This document shows, in pieces, positions 10,350 to 23,665 of a stretch of DNA of 64,000 nucleotides. The stretch is from positions 6,960,707 through 7,024,706 of the forward strand of contig OZ037767.1 of assembly GCA_964035545.1 (NCBI GenBank), in the 5' to 3' direction. Source of the stretch: Bugula neritina. Lineage: Eukaryota > Animalia > Bryozoa. The notes beneath the pieces were generated by a model. It was not told where the DNA came from. It saw only the letters and a program-made list of their open reading frames with translations, and ran no database searches. Made by a program: the position numbers and the translations under genes. The first letter of the stretch is position 1. The number at the start of each line of letters is the position of its first letter.

Positions 10350-10354
10350 TATAT
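10192..10354. repeat. (TA)n microsatellite, length-variable among units (also ~25366-25594, ~40734-40958, ~56080-56190)
   Basis: Direct reading; source of spurious YIYI ORFs. Confidence 0.95.
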
Positions 10355-10455
10355 TAACTGTTCTTGATAAACAGGGTAGAAACTAAAATCAAACAAAACT
10401 TCCCATTCAGCCAGCTAACTAAATAAATATGACAATAGTATGTTACATGTTATTA

Positions 10456-13356
10456 TTAGCAATCTCCATAGAAATCCTGCTCCTTTGCTTCTCTAATTGC
10501 TTTGTTCGTGCAGCACAAGAGCTTTTTAAAATTTTCCATCTTGATTGATTCACAAGAAGTCGCGGAGTTTTCACCGTCTCCACATGTACTTTCAAACTGT
10601 TGAAAAATAACTATTGTAATAGTATTGTACAGTATAGGTTAGAGCGTTTGCAGCTAATAACAACAAAATCATAGGCTCAAACCCCAGTAAAAAACGTCGT
10701 GATGTTAGAAAAAGCATCCAGTCATAACTGCTTCGGTGCCACATATGAATAACTGTCCTTAGCCTGCTTTAAAAAGCCTTTCCATGAGGGATTTCTCACA
10801 GGGATGGTGACTATAAACTTGTGTGAGTTTTATTATCATACAATTTCAATATATCAATAATACAACATATCAACATTCCATAATTTGCAAATTATGAGAA
10901 ACAATAACTTAGTAAATAATTGTAGTACTCTAAAATATTCCATATAAGTGTTGTGTCTGTGTAATGGCCCGTGTGGTGTAATGGCTAGTGTGACCCCTTG
11001 CAAGTTGGAGGTTTTGGGTTCGAATCCCAGTGGAGACAAAATTATTTCATAACAGTATAGTTTCAATCTGCACAGTTCGCACAGTTTGGTCAACACCAAT
11101 TCATTGAGAAAATCAGAGTGAGTTCGGTGCAAATTGATATTTGAATAATTCGCCTTCATTTTACAGCTAATGCCAACAGTTATTCTTCTTTACATGACCA
11201 CTGAAAACATCTTTTTATTTTATAATGATTATGAAATGCTGTCAAATTTTTACAGTTTACCAACTTTATGACAGTGATTATTGGAAAACTGGGAGAATCA
11301 CAAAAATCTGACACAATTGTTGAAAAACTTTCATTTCTATATAATTTAGTTTTTATAATAAGAAAGTTACATTTAATAACCAATATTACGGCATAGAGTT
11401 TGCTAACTTGACTATACTGAGTATTGTGTAACCAAAGACTCGACTATATGGAGGTTGACAAGGTTAACTCAAAGCTTCATTCTGTCCTAAACTCTACTAT
11501 TGACAAGAAAACAATATAACTTACATTACTGCATCTGATAGAAGATGTTGCAGTGTCATCCACTACTCTCTTTAATGAACTAATTCGCTGTTTTAGTACA
11601 TTCACTTTGGAACTGAATTGTGAATTACTGCGTAGCATCGAAGCTAGTCTATTAGTTGGACAGTGAAAGAGGCAATAAATATTCTCCAATTGACGACTGT
11701 AGTTGTTAGTGTGACTGCTCATCTAAAGTTAGTAACATAATTTATAACAGCTGCTGTTGCCTGACGAACATCTATTCTCTTACAATTAAGATTACAATAC
11801 AAAAAGTTTGAATTTAATTCGGACCAGGTATTGCTCAAAATTTACAATTCTTATTGTAGTATGATACCCGCATATAGGCTACAGTTTCTTCAGCTTTTGA
11901 CCTCTGATAAAAATAAACAGCCAACAAACATGAGTAATTTAGTTTGCATTATAAAGTCATAAAATGTTTTCAGTTTTAAGCCTATAATTTAGGTCACTAA
12001 AAATATATCGTTTAGACAAAATTAGAGTCACCATTGAAGTGCAGCAGAAAATTTTTTTTCAGGCTTCTGAAATTTCTGCGCTTTACATAACCATGTTATT
12101 TGCAGTAAGGCAATAATGAATGTCATTTACTTACAATTGCAAAATCCAAGCCCCGACAACTGCTGTAATTGCTAACTCCTCTCTGGCTATTAAACCTTCT
12201 ATACTATTAAATAATTACAAAATACTGTGTGAAAATTGATGAAGCTTAGAATCAACATAACTGCAGTTCTATTGAATTTTAAACATTTTTATTTAATGGT
12301 GCAATAGTTTAATTTAGACAAGTAGATATATATACTATTGCATAGATATAATTCATTACAGTTCATTATATATAGAAGCTTCCATTGAAACAGGAATACA
12401 ACATAATTTATAAAACATTTGCTAGCAGTTGTACTTACATATGGCTCTAAAATATCGTCTTGGAGTATAGAAAGAATAAACTCGTCACTAGTTGTGTAAG
12501 AATCAAATATTGCTCTTCTCGTTCCATTATTGAAATTCTCAAAGAATGGTGAAAATGTTGATGATCTTTTATAGCGATTTCTGCTTTTCAAACTGCTTAA
12601 AAATAGAATTATATAAGGTATATACAATATATTTAAAATTACAAACATAATTCTCTTATTTATAGTTGTTTAAGAATTATAAAAAGTAAAATTTGACTCA
12701 AACTATAAAAAAAAATTGAGCTTGAAAACTTACCTGATCAAATTAGATTCCAGTGGCAATCCATCGAGTAACAATAATTGTACACTCATGCAAAAGTATA
12801 CTTTCAAAATATTCTTCGTTCGTGCTAAAACAAAACGGAAAACGTTTTTAAGCTAATGAACACTGTTCATCGTCAGGTTTCAATTCTTGGTGTTTATATT
12901 TTTGCACTAGCGATGTACTTGGTAAGCCACTGCTGTTAGATTTCAGTAAAATTCATTTTTAAGGAACATACTAAAATTTTAAATTAGCAAATTTTTAAAA
13001 ATCTGGTACTGCTACAATATTAGCTCAAAGATTTTTAAGAAATTTTATAGAGAAAGAACATATATAATAATAATTTATATAGTAATTTAGCATGCTCACC
13101 CTTCTAGCTAGAAGCTGTTAAACTATAGCTATGTTAATATAATTATTGTTAAGATCTATAGTAACCATATTATAAAAATTAATTAAATAAATACACTGCA
13201 TATGTTTTAATGTTTTACTAATAATGCTATGATACTATAACATTTTATTGAATTTATTATTCCTACAAGATTGATTAAAATACCATAAATAAACTTGAGC
13301 TTTCAAGAGGTTAGACATATAAGTAAAAGTATATAAAAATTATTATTCTCACCCAT
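10456..13356 (-). CDS. uncharacterised secreted Cys-rich preproprotein, putative helical-cytokine-like, copy 1 (218 aa; exons 13356-13353, 12824-12734, 12592-12439, 12203-12135, 11722-11525, 10596-10456)
   Basis: Six GT-AG exons join into one 657-nt frame: MARTKNILKVYFCMSVQLLLLDG-LPLESNLISLKSRNRYKR-SSTF...LEPY/YRRF...CRGLDFAI/MSSHT...IYCLFHC...IRCSN/FESTC...LLCCTNKAIREAKEQDFYGDC*. Between copies, indels in exons are in-frame (3 nt) and many changes are synonymous. The gene call is better supported than the cytokine label. Confidence 0.8.
10630..10820 (+). mobile_element. degenerate ~200-bp SINE (also at ~25870, ~41243, ~56463)
   Basis: Homologous to 18107-18315 and 21265-21435; shared core gatgttaggaagggcatccag and tail ggggtttctcacagggatggtgactataaa. 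Confidence 0.6.
10966..11038 (+). other. tRNA-like sequence (SINE head or tRNA pseudogene); also 26185-26257, 41560-41631, 56802-56873
   Basis: A box TGGTGTAATGG and B box GGTTCGAATCC at tRNA spacing; acceptor and anticodon stems pair poorly and differ among copies. Confidence 0.65.
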
Positions 13357-13506
13357 CTTGTTATAAGCAGTCGAAACGTGTTGATATATTTATTATTATT
13401 TAATTTCTAAACTTTTTTATTTAGTAACTAAACTATATTGACACAACAGCTGTTTTAATGTTTACCAATAGTTCAGCAAGTATAAACAAATGAATTGTGA
13501 GTTGGG

Positions 13507-13514
13507 TTTATATA
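13507..13514 (-). promoter_or_regulatory. putative TATA box of the minus-strand secreted-protein gene
   Basis: TATATAAA on the minus strand ~150 bp upstream of the ATG, an Inr-like TCATTT near 13491 and a C/EBP-like TTGCATAA just upstream; all conserved in the four units. Confidence 0.45.
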
Positions 13515-14919
13515 CTCTTTCAATACCTACTCAAATTCACTCACAGCTGACTTATTTATGCAATCAGCATTTTAGACATCAAGTTTGCATAGTTATTTTA
13601 TATTTAGAGTTTGAATCTTCATTTATAGTTTACAAATGTTTAAAATTAATAGTAATTGGAAAATATCTTATTATAAATTAGATAATAGAAATGGGAACAT
13701 TGCCAAAGTTGAAAATTGGACATCCCACATAGTGCAATAATGAAATGATACTTTTCTTGTGTTGCAAAATTTATTTTCACAATTAAATATAAACCCGATA
13801 GCTTCCTGCTAGTACTTTTTACAATGCCCGAGTTTTGCAACATGTCTTTCACAGAAACAATTGTTAATAAAAATATTAACAACAAGTCCATAATATTACA
13901 TGCATCATTTGACCAAAAAAAACATAATTTAAGTATGTGTCTATATGCTGAAAACCAAACTTAAAGTTTTTCTATACAAATTTAACAAACCTCACAAATT
14001 AATGAAACTTAATCTCTCAAAAGGAAAATTGGCAAATTATGTGTCTTTCTAGTGAAAATAACTGCATAAAATGATTTCATTATCGAAAGTTTTGCTGTTT
14101 CTATTAGTTTTATTTAGTTTCTTCTTACAAATCTAATTCTGTTTGCATGCATGTACTAATTAGTGCGTTTTTCACAGTTTATTGAAAACATATAATAAGT
14201 CTCATTGAACAATTTTTTATTAAACAAAAAATAAGTCCAAGTGCATAAACCTAAAAAACTAACAAACAATTTAGACTAAGTGCGTGTTATTGTTTATTTC
14301 TAACGGGCAGCTATATAATCTGTAAATGTATAAGTGCTACATCTTTTACTTCTATAACAATCGCAATGGCATTCATTCTGATTTTATCCTGCACATCTGT
14401 TCACATCCCACAAGGATGGTACATCAAAAAATATGAATTCCACAAATAAAGACATGACCACAATCTGCTATTGAAAGTCACAACACTGGAGCAAAATTGT
14501 ATAACTTTTTAATAGACTATAGCAGCCAGGCTTTGAAGTTATTACGTACTATCTTCTCAGTAATGAAAGGTAAGAGGTGTTCAACCTCCACCATTATTCA
14601 GATTCTCAACTCTGTATTTACTTCAACCATTACTTGCGTACCAACTACTACTCACTAATGGAATTAATTGATCATAAAATATGAGTGGGTATACAATTGA
14701 GAAGCACTTATTTAGTACCTCTGAAAACATAAAATTCTTAATTTATCAAAATAGGAATTAGTCAACCAGTTTCTAAGAACATTTCATTCACATAAAAACT
14801 GTTGCGTTGCCAAGTTGTTGTGAATTTTGGTTAATAACATTTACAATTGCATATTATTAGTGTTAACTTTATTTGACTTGGATCGAGTCATTGATTTAAA
14901 ATGAAGTTAATAAGTCCTT

Positions 14920-15030
14920 GCGTGTGTGTGCGTGTGTGTGCGTGTGTGTGTGTGCGTGTGTGTGTGTGCGTGCGTGTGTGTGCGTGTGCGTTTGTGTGCG
15001 TGCATGTGTGTGCCTGTGTGTGCGTGTAGT
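14920..15030. repeat. imperfect (GT/GC)n microsatellite
   Basis: Direct reading. Confidence 0.9.
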
Positions 15031-17393
15031 GTGATGTGTAGCGTGCATGGTGTGTTTGTTTGTTGCTTAATACACTTGTATACATGTTTTGTATTTTTGA
15101 GCCAATTAACGATACTGAAACTTGTGCAAACAGTTACAGGGAATAAACGTGTACAGACCAACACAGTTTAAAATATATTTTACTGAGGATTTGCTAAATT
15201 TGTTAAAAGATTTTTATTTTGTGGAATTATAAGGTCACGCATTTTGGTGTTGTTTCTCTTTGACTTATTTTGTGTTGAATCAGGTTTACAGCTTTTCAGT
15301 TCAGGACTTCGGAATTATATGCGTCTGACCTTAACAATACTGTACATACTATGAACACTATACATCATCTGCATGTATGGATTGTAATTCTTTGAATTTC
15401 CTGTAAATGAAAGTCAAGGACTACACATTGGTTATTTCCTTTACTGTCACATTAATTTAAATGTAAGGTTTTATGTTACTCATATAGTTTAAATTCTCTG
15501 AATTACATAATGAAAACATGTTTGCCACTTTCTTTTATTTAGTACACAACAAATTTCTTCATTTTTGTCTACTTTATGAAGGAAAAATATTACTGTTGTA
15601 GGGACATTGAACATCTTTGGAATTCCTGACACTATGAAATACCTACAGTTCACGTGAAGGAGAGTATATGGAAAGTAGAGCATAATTACAAACATATAAA
15701 TTATAAACTTATAAATGTGATAATGTTTTAAGAGCAAAATTTAAAAGCTTTTTATTGTTGAATAAATCTGTAAATATTGAAACAGTTGAAGTCGACTTCC
15801 ACATAGAGTGTCAAATGGTCAAAGAATCACTCATTGTTATGTCTCATGCCATTTGCTACTCCCTAACTACCAAATCTGCGGCAAGAGCTACATACATTAA
15901 ACTTTAGTCATATTATATGCAGTCAAACTTAATACTATACTGAAGCAAAAAGTACGTTGACTTAGTTAATTACATTTAGTACCCATGACATGCGAATATA
16001 TACATTAATATGGAGCCTAAAAATACATATGTATATAGCTTATTTCACATGTAAGTCATTCCAAGTAAAAACAATTTAGCTGCTTTAAATGTATTTCCCT
16101 ACTAATCAAAAATATTTATAAGATGAAAGTGTTTTTGTGGTTTGAATGAGAAAGTAATTTAGCCAATAGTAGACCATCTCATTGCCACTCCTACCTTCAC
16201 TGCCATACAGTTGAACTCCATTAATGCTAGTTTTCTGGCACTGTGCCAGCTCAGGAGGAAGCGCTTGGAAAGCTTTAGCTTTGTTAGTACACACTGTTAA
16301 ATTCATTACAGTGCATGAGAAATTGGCATGTTGCCTAAAGCAAAGCCCCTGAAGTCACGAGTCACTATATTGAGCAAACTATAGGTCAAAATAGAGTGGG
16401 TGACCCCAAAAGTAATCGCAGTAAGGAAAATAGTAAATTATTTCCAGATTTATTATTAGGTCAATAGTCTACGATAGCACATATGTAAACAGTTCTAAAC
16501 AAAGATTTTCATAATGGATTAAATGCATTTCAAAGGTCACGCCTAATTTGGCATTTCAATTGAGATTTTCTTAGAAAATCGGGTAATCTTTCACGTGGGT
16601 TAGCAGACGTCAGCAATTCATTCTCAGCTTTTTTTCGTGTTGAATGTTGTTGAATTTCAGGCTTTTAACTCCCAATGCCAATTTCCAGGGTGTATCTCAA
16701 ATTTCATATTTTAGCGTATTTAAGAAGCAAATAAATATTGGAACTCAAAAACATTCTTGCAATAATAAAAAATTAAATGAGAAACACACAATTACATACT
16801 TGTTTCACACCATATTGGAATGTTGTTTGTGCGCAAAAAGAAATATTTTTGACTGTAAAAACAGCGTGTCTATTAATTTCATTATCTAGTTACACTTGAG
16901 GTGGACTTAAACAGTGAAATACTTATATAATAAATCTTTGTATGATGGGGTACCATAAATAAAATAACGAGTCAAAACATTGCGGTCTTTTTAATTGGAT
17001 TTAAAAACTCCCTGCAGTCTTATCAAATATTATTGGCAAGCTTTATTCCGACAGAGTACTCCACCCACAATATTACACAACGTGTCAAAATTTTTATATT
17101 TACAGGAAGCTTATATATTTATTACTTATATTTATTACCTATATGTAAAAGTTTGTCGCTCATTAGCTGCTATTGGATTAGAAATAAGCACCAGCTGTGT
17201 ATCGTTACTTTAGTGAAGGATTACTTAACAATCTGAAAACATAAACCAAGAAACTTTAATGAAGATATTCTTGATAATTTTTAATAACTTAATTTTAGCA
17301 ATTATTTTTTAAGCATATTAGTTAGTTTCTTATTTAATTGATTTAATTATTACTAAATGAACATACACTACATATAATTGATTGATTGATTGA

Positions 17394-17448
<55 letters not shown>

Positions 17449-17471
17449 AAAACAACTGCTTTCCACAAGTT

Positions 17472-17999
<528 letters not shown>

Positions 18000-18106
18000 C
18001 CCTCATCAGCACAGAAAAAAATACCATGGCCCACACCTTTGCCATAGCAGAAACTTATGTTTCAACTAAAGCATATTTAAAAGGTGTGTAAACTCAAGCC
18101 AGAGAG

Positions 18107-18315
18107 GGAGCAGCCATGGCCTAGAAGTACGTTAGATCGTTTGCATAAGGAACACAGAGTCATGGGTTAGAATCCCAGTAAAGGTAATTGGTGATGTTAG
18201 GAAGAGCATCTAGTCAAAATTGCTCCTGTGCCTTGTCTAAATAAGTCTTTAGCTTGATTTAACAAAAACATCTTTTTCTACCAGGGGTTTCATACAGTAA
18301 TGGTGATTATAAACT
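18107..18315 (+). mobile_element. tRNA-derived SINE with target-site duplication
   Basis: B-box-like gggttagaatccc; flanked by duplicated TAAACTCAAGCCA (18089-18101 and 18310-18322); absent from the uninterrupted element at 29709-29974. Confidence 0.7.
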
Positions 18316-19953
18316 CAAGCCATGCAGAGAGTTCAAGTAACTCTAGGAGTCACGAGCTTTGAAAACTGCTAGCAGTTCAAGTTTGTGACCATGGTTAGAG
18401 AGCTCAATCAATGAATGTCATTGTTGAGTATATATATTATATATGTACATAAAATGTATTATGAATTTAAGATAGCCTGGTGTGACAGTTAATTAATGCA
18501 ATAAACTTGTCCGGAGTTGTATTCCCCACTATTAAGGGGTTAAATTCTCAGTAGAAGAGAAGCAAAACAAACCCTGGCCATGTTATAATAATATGTTGTT
18601 GTTCTTCCTGAGCTTAAATAAACTTACGGAAATAGCAGAGTACCATATATAGAATTCAGTTGAAAACAATTTAGTATAAAGGTAATTGACTAGCATTGTA
18701 AACAGCTCAATTATTTCATGGCATTCACAGCGACTACTATTTTTGAGGCCGTTCACTTGTTATTTGAGATCGATTTTCATATGAACTGAAAATGGAACTT
18801 GAGACTACTTGGGTATGCAATCCAAATGCAAAATGTATAAGGGCTAAGGAGATTCCTTTAGAAGATGCTGCCGATCACAGCAAGTTACAAAAAGTATGTT
18901 GGGTCTATTTTCTATTGTGTAAGCATTTTGCATTTCATTGTGTTTATCTTCACATCCCTATAAGTATGATTTTGTAGGCTGTTCCTTAATTTTGAATTTC
19001 CCCTCATTATCTTTAACTTATTCAACTGTTTAGAATTGTTGGAAAGTTGTTACACATTCATGTAAGTGCTATATTATAACAAGTTTGCTGAAATGAAATT
19101 GTGCTTACGGTGTAAACTTACATTGACCATGAAAATCAAGTTGAAAGCTGGGAGGGCGCAACTCTTACATTTTATTAATTTTCTCAGAAATACAGATTAA
19201 TAACTTTTCTACAATCTATTACTTCACTGCAATAAAAGCCTGTAAAGTCAGAAGTTCATGCAAGTAGTAAAAGTTAGAGTGGCAAACACTGACAAAAATT
19301 GTATTAGTTTCGATTTCTAAAAATAAATAAAAGCAGTTTTGACAAAAAAATTATCTATAAAATGTATAAAGAAATAATTAGTAAATGTTAGTCAACACCC
19401 ATTGGTACCTATGTATGGTATACAAAACTTGCTATAGCTCAGTGAATCTCTCTTTATTTGAGAGATTTAGAACGTAATTTATAGGAAATTATGAGATATT
19501 TAAGATTAAAGACCGAGCAATAGATTTACTAAATTTAAAAAAACCAAACAATTTTAAGAAACTCAGTATAATAGAGTTCAAAACAAGAGAGATAACTATA
19601 TGCATTGAAATTAATTGAGCTGTCACTCTTATATCTAGGGTTAATTAGCACTTAGCTACCCACATGATTACAAATTAATTGAGCATATCAGCAATTCAAT
19701 CTCTTTATAATATTATGCAGCCTGCTATACTTTACCAACAAATTCTAAACAACAAATAAATTCTCATTAAAAATTTCCAAAAATGCATCAATAAAACCAT
19801 AAAACTGAATCAAAAACTGCACAAGCAGTCAATAGGTATGTCTGTATAAACAGAATCGGTCGAAATGGCTGGAAACTCAAATCCTGCCAAAATGAATTCA
19901 GAACTTGTTTTCAAAACACTAAAAATAAAAAATATGGAGGTTACTAAAGATTT

Positions 19954-20193
19954 TTAAATCTTTTTTCTTGATAATTTATCACCACGGTTACTTGGTAAAC
20001 GGCCTTGACTCTCATTATTATTAGCTTTTTCCTTATCTGTTAGTTTCTTTCTTGGATAAATGTATGCCTTGATGTAGAAATTGGTGAAGAAGAACAACAT
20101 GGAATACGCCCCATATATTGCACTCCAGATGCAGAAACCATGGTATAATATACCAATAGTGCAGTACACCATGTCTATTAGGAACTGTATCAT
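19954..20193 (-). pseudogene. orphan terminal exon of an ELOVL fatty-acid elongase
   Basis: Acceptor ttttttgttgtag, then MIQF...LFFFTNFYIKAY, typical of the ELO-family C-terminus, with a basic ER-retrieval-like tail (RKKI*). No upstream ELO exons (HxxHH) found in the unit. Confidence 0.75.
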
Positions 20194-21264
20194 CTACAAC
20201 AAAAAATTATAATAATAGATTATCATGTCAAATAATATTCAATATTCTAAAGCATTACATGGAGTTTTAGGCAGACAAATAAATATAAATGTTCTTATAG
20301 CAGCTTTAGGTGTTTGCTATACACCATTTACTAGAAACTACAAAAAAGTTTGCTAAAAAAAAAAAAAAAAACAACAATTGCTTCCCGTCTCCATTACACA
20401 GGTTTACCAGCTCAAATTAAATTTATGTTGGATAAACGAATATATAGAATTTAACTACTGCAAAATTTAAAATCTTTTGTTATAATGCCATTTGTCAGCA
20501 TAGTTCCCTCGAACAGAATTTTAGAGTTATTCTCTCTCCTAGACTAGTATTTACTAGTTACTGCTGTGTGTTACTCTCAAAGCTTAGTCTACAATATTTG
20601 ATAATAAATATGGAGTCACATGCAATTTCTTTTTTTAGTTATCTAGCAAGAATAGGGAGAGAGTATATCTTCACCACCATTTCTTGGTTTACCAATTACT
20701 TGTGAGCCTAGGATAGAGAGTTATTCTCTCCTTGCTACATTAGTTTTCTAGCTTAATTTTAATTTCATGTTGGAGATCAATTAAATTCTGTACATCATAT
20801 AACTCGTGTGAGTGTGTTAAGTTAGGTTATATAAGCCTATATAGCCAAAGAGAAATAATAAACATAAACAACATAATATTCGTATGTAGAAATTAGAACT
20901 CATATATTTAACATCATATATATATTAATTTTTAAAGAGTTATAATACAGATTAAAATTAAGTTTTGCAATATAACAAACTCTTCAGTTTTCAGGTCAAT
21001 ACACATAACAAAATCTTTACCAGTGATGTTTGTTATGACTTGATATTTTTAGTTTTGCTAATTAAATCAAACTTTTACGTTTGAAGTGAACAGGTGCATT
21101 ACAAACACAAAATTCATAACTTTCGTTTAGATTGATGACTCAAAGTCAAATAAAAATACTAACAGCATGCAATTGTAAATGTAAATAACCAAAAGTTTAC
21201 ATATGTAACTTAGACAGCGAAACAGTTTTTACGTAAATCTAATTTTCTTGGAAACTGGTTGACT

Positions 21265-21435
21265 AATGTGCTCTTGGTGTAGTATTAAGAACTAGGTTGT
21301 TTTCAGGTCACTGGTCATTGATGATATTAGGAAGGGCATCCAGCTATAATTGCCCCTGTGCGCCATTTGAATAAGTACTTAGTCTGATTTAACCGAACCC
21401 TTTCCATCAGGGGTTCTTCACAGGGATGGTGAGTT
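21265..21435 (+). mobile_element. degenerate SINE of the same family (also ~36630-36795, ~51990-52155)
   Basis: Core aggaagggcatccagctataa and shared 3' tail. Confidence 0.6.
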
Positions 21436-21898
21436 CTTTTAAAGCATTTAAAATAGTATAGTATATAATAATCCAGTACCTCAATATCTTGCCCAGAAGT
21501 GTCATGCAGTGGTTGAAATTATTTAACAGTATTTAGTCAGCTCAACAAGCATAAATTTAAAATCTTTTACTTTATTAATTATAATATAATGCAAAGTGAT
21601 GAAGTTGCTTGATTTAAAGAGATGATTACTCTCATTCAAGAAGATTTCGAAAGTCAGATTGTTAAATTATGTAATTGAAGATTATTGTGACCTAGCTTTA
21701 TGTTACACGGGAGAAGTTTAGTGATGATGTGATGTTTTCTATTGGATGTCATCAGTTTCCAGTTAAAACCTACATGATTTGGGTATATAAGGATGAAAAT
21801 TACTGAAGTAGATAGTATAACATTTTAAATTGTTACCTAAGATAGTAATATCTACTTTATTGCTAACTATTTAAAATAAATTAACAATATCTATAAGT

Positions 21899-23665
21899 AT
21901 GGACATTTGCATGTTTATTGTTTTCATGGCGTTTACAACCTTGTTTCGAGTGAGGGTTACACTGGGATCAGGTATGTCAACCACAAACATGTACTGTTTT
22001 TGCTATTGTTAAATTTATATGTAGATTTTATGTATCAATGTATTACTTCAATGGTGTTAAAGAATGTTGGATAACCTGAATGTAAGTTCCATGAGCTTTT
22101 ATTTCTACGCACTTTGATTACATCATGATTTTATTAACCAGGTTTAGTGATTGTCTTGTTAGATATTATTGTATCCCAAGCACTAATATATAATATATGA
22201 TCTATACTACTGTATTATATTTAAAGGAAAGAGTTGTCTCCAGCCCAAAGATGAAGGAGTCTATCGACCTCATAGTATACAGCTACGCTACTACTATGAT
22301 GCAATCGGCAGCAAGCAATGCCACTCCTTCATTTTTTACGGGTCAGGAGAAAACAGCAACAACTTCATGTGAGTGTGTTCTTTTATTTCTGTCTCTATAC
22401 TATTCGTAATTGTTTGTAAAAATCAGGATTTTTGAAAATGTAATACCAAATCATATATCATACTTCATGAAAAAATTAAAAATATATTTAAAATTTCAAA
22501 AAGATTATGTGAAGTGGAATTAAAGCATTTAAGTTTTATATATTCCACAAGCTGTATAGGAAGTACTTAACCAAGTTACACATTGGAAATAGTTGTTAAG
22601 ATTTGGAGTTATTGTCTCTAATCATAAAGATCTATTGAGTGTTCATAAGATTCAAAGTTCACAGAGCAGTTAGGACTGAAATAGTTTGTATCTTGCTTAT
22701 GTTCATTTACACAAAAAACTTATAGAATTTCAGTCCTCCAAAATTCATGGTTATTTTATGCTTTGATATGCAGGTAGAATCACAATGGTTGCAATGCGTT
22801 ACATTAATGTCATGCTTTTTCTAAGTAAAGTGATATTTCATTACAATAGCTTTGAACGAGTCTGTGACAATGAGTGTAGTTACTCTACAGCCTTGTGCGT
22901 TCTCCCTAAAGAGGAGGGAAATGAGAGTGGCCACCATCTCAGGTTCTTCTACAATCCTTCCACCAGAGCCTGTGAAAGCTTTTATTATAAAGGCTCCAAT
23001 GGCAATGCAATCAAGTTTCAGTAAGAAAATTTTTGACTCCAAATTCCTGCTTTTAGTTTGAATAAGTCTTATTAAATGACTATACTTTGAATGAAAATCA
23101 TTCAAAGTAACTGTTTGGAGATTCAAGTATCATGCATTTGGCATACAACTCCAAACTGTTGATCTGCAAGCCTTCTAAATCGTACATTATTTTCTTCTAG
23201 GAGAAAGTCGGACTGCATCTCTCGGTGCAGGAGTAATTTAAGACAGGTTTGTCACAGCGGAGAACTGAACCTTGATTACTGTTTAACCCACCATCAACCC
23301 TGGTATTATAACAGTACGTCAGGTAGATGTGAAGTTCTCCATCAAGGTCGTTGCAATCGGGATGATAATCGATTCGAGTGAGTTTGCAACACTTTAGTAG
23401 TTTATGGACCATTAGAAGCAGCTTAACTAATTGTGACTTATTTTTATTCTAATGTTTATTTAAAATTGTAATTTTCATCTATATATTTTATATAAAAAGT
23501 TTTTTTTTCTAGTATAATGCAAAATGCACACACATGCTTTGGTTACATTGATATGTTGAGCATGCCTGAGTTATATTCTTATTCTAAACTGTTTATGTTT
23601 CTGTTTATAAATGTAGAACTGAAGATGAGTGTGAATTGACCTGCAACTATCCTACAGATGATTAA
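21899..23665 (+). CDS. triple Kunitz protein, copy 2 (exons 21899-21971, 22227-22368, 22850-23020, 23201-23377, 23617-23665)
   Basis: Same exon lengths and splice sites, open frame; substitutions include G>E in K1 (GSGEN) and N>I in K2 (NAIKF). Confidence 0.88.

Noticed and set aside
10079-10396. YIYI-repeat ORFs (also ~25253-25636, 32531-33306, 40621-40973, 48404-48664)
   Set aside because: Translations of (TA)n microsatellites.
10966-11038. Functional tRNA-Ala(TGC) gene
   Set aside because: Stems pair poorly and the copies diverge freely, including in the B box; more likely a SINE head or pseudogene.
11770-11903. Possible extra exon of the minus-strand gene (tttttatcag acceptor; NFLYCxLNC-like translation)
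   Set aside because: Copies differ by 2- and 4-nt indels and stops, and the flanking exons join in phase 0 without it; treated as intron, although alternative splicing is not excluded.
21485-21515. Penultimate ELOVL exon (minus strand FWARY followed by a GT)
   Set aside because: In-frame stop, no convincing acceptor and too short to support.
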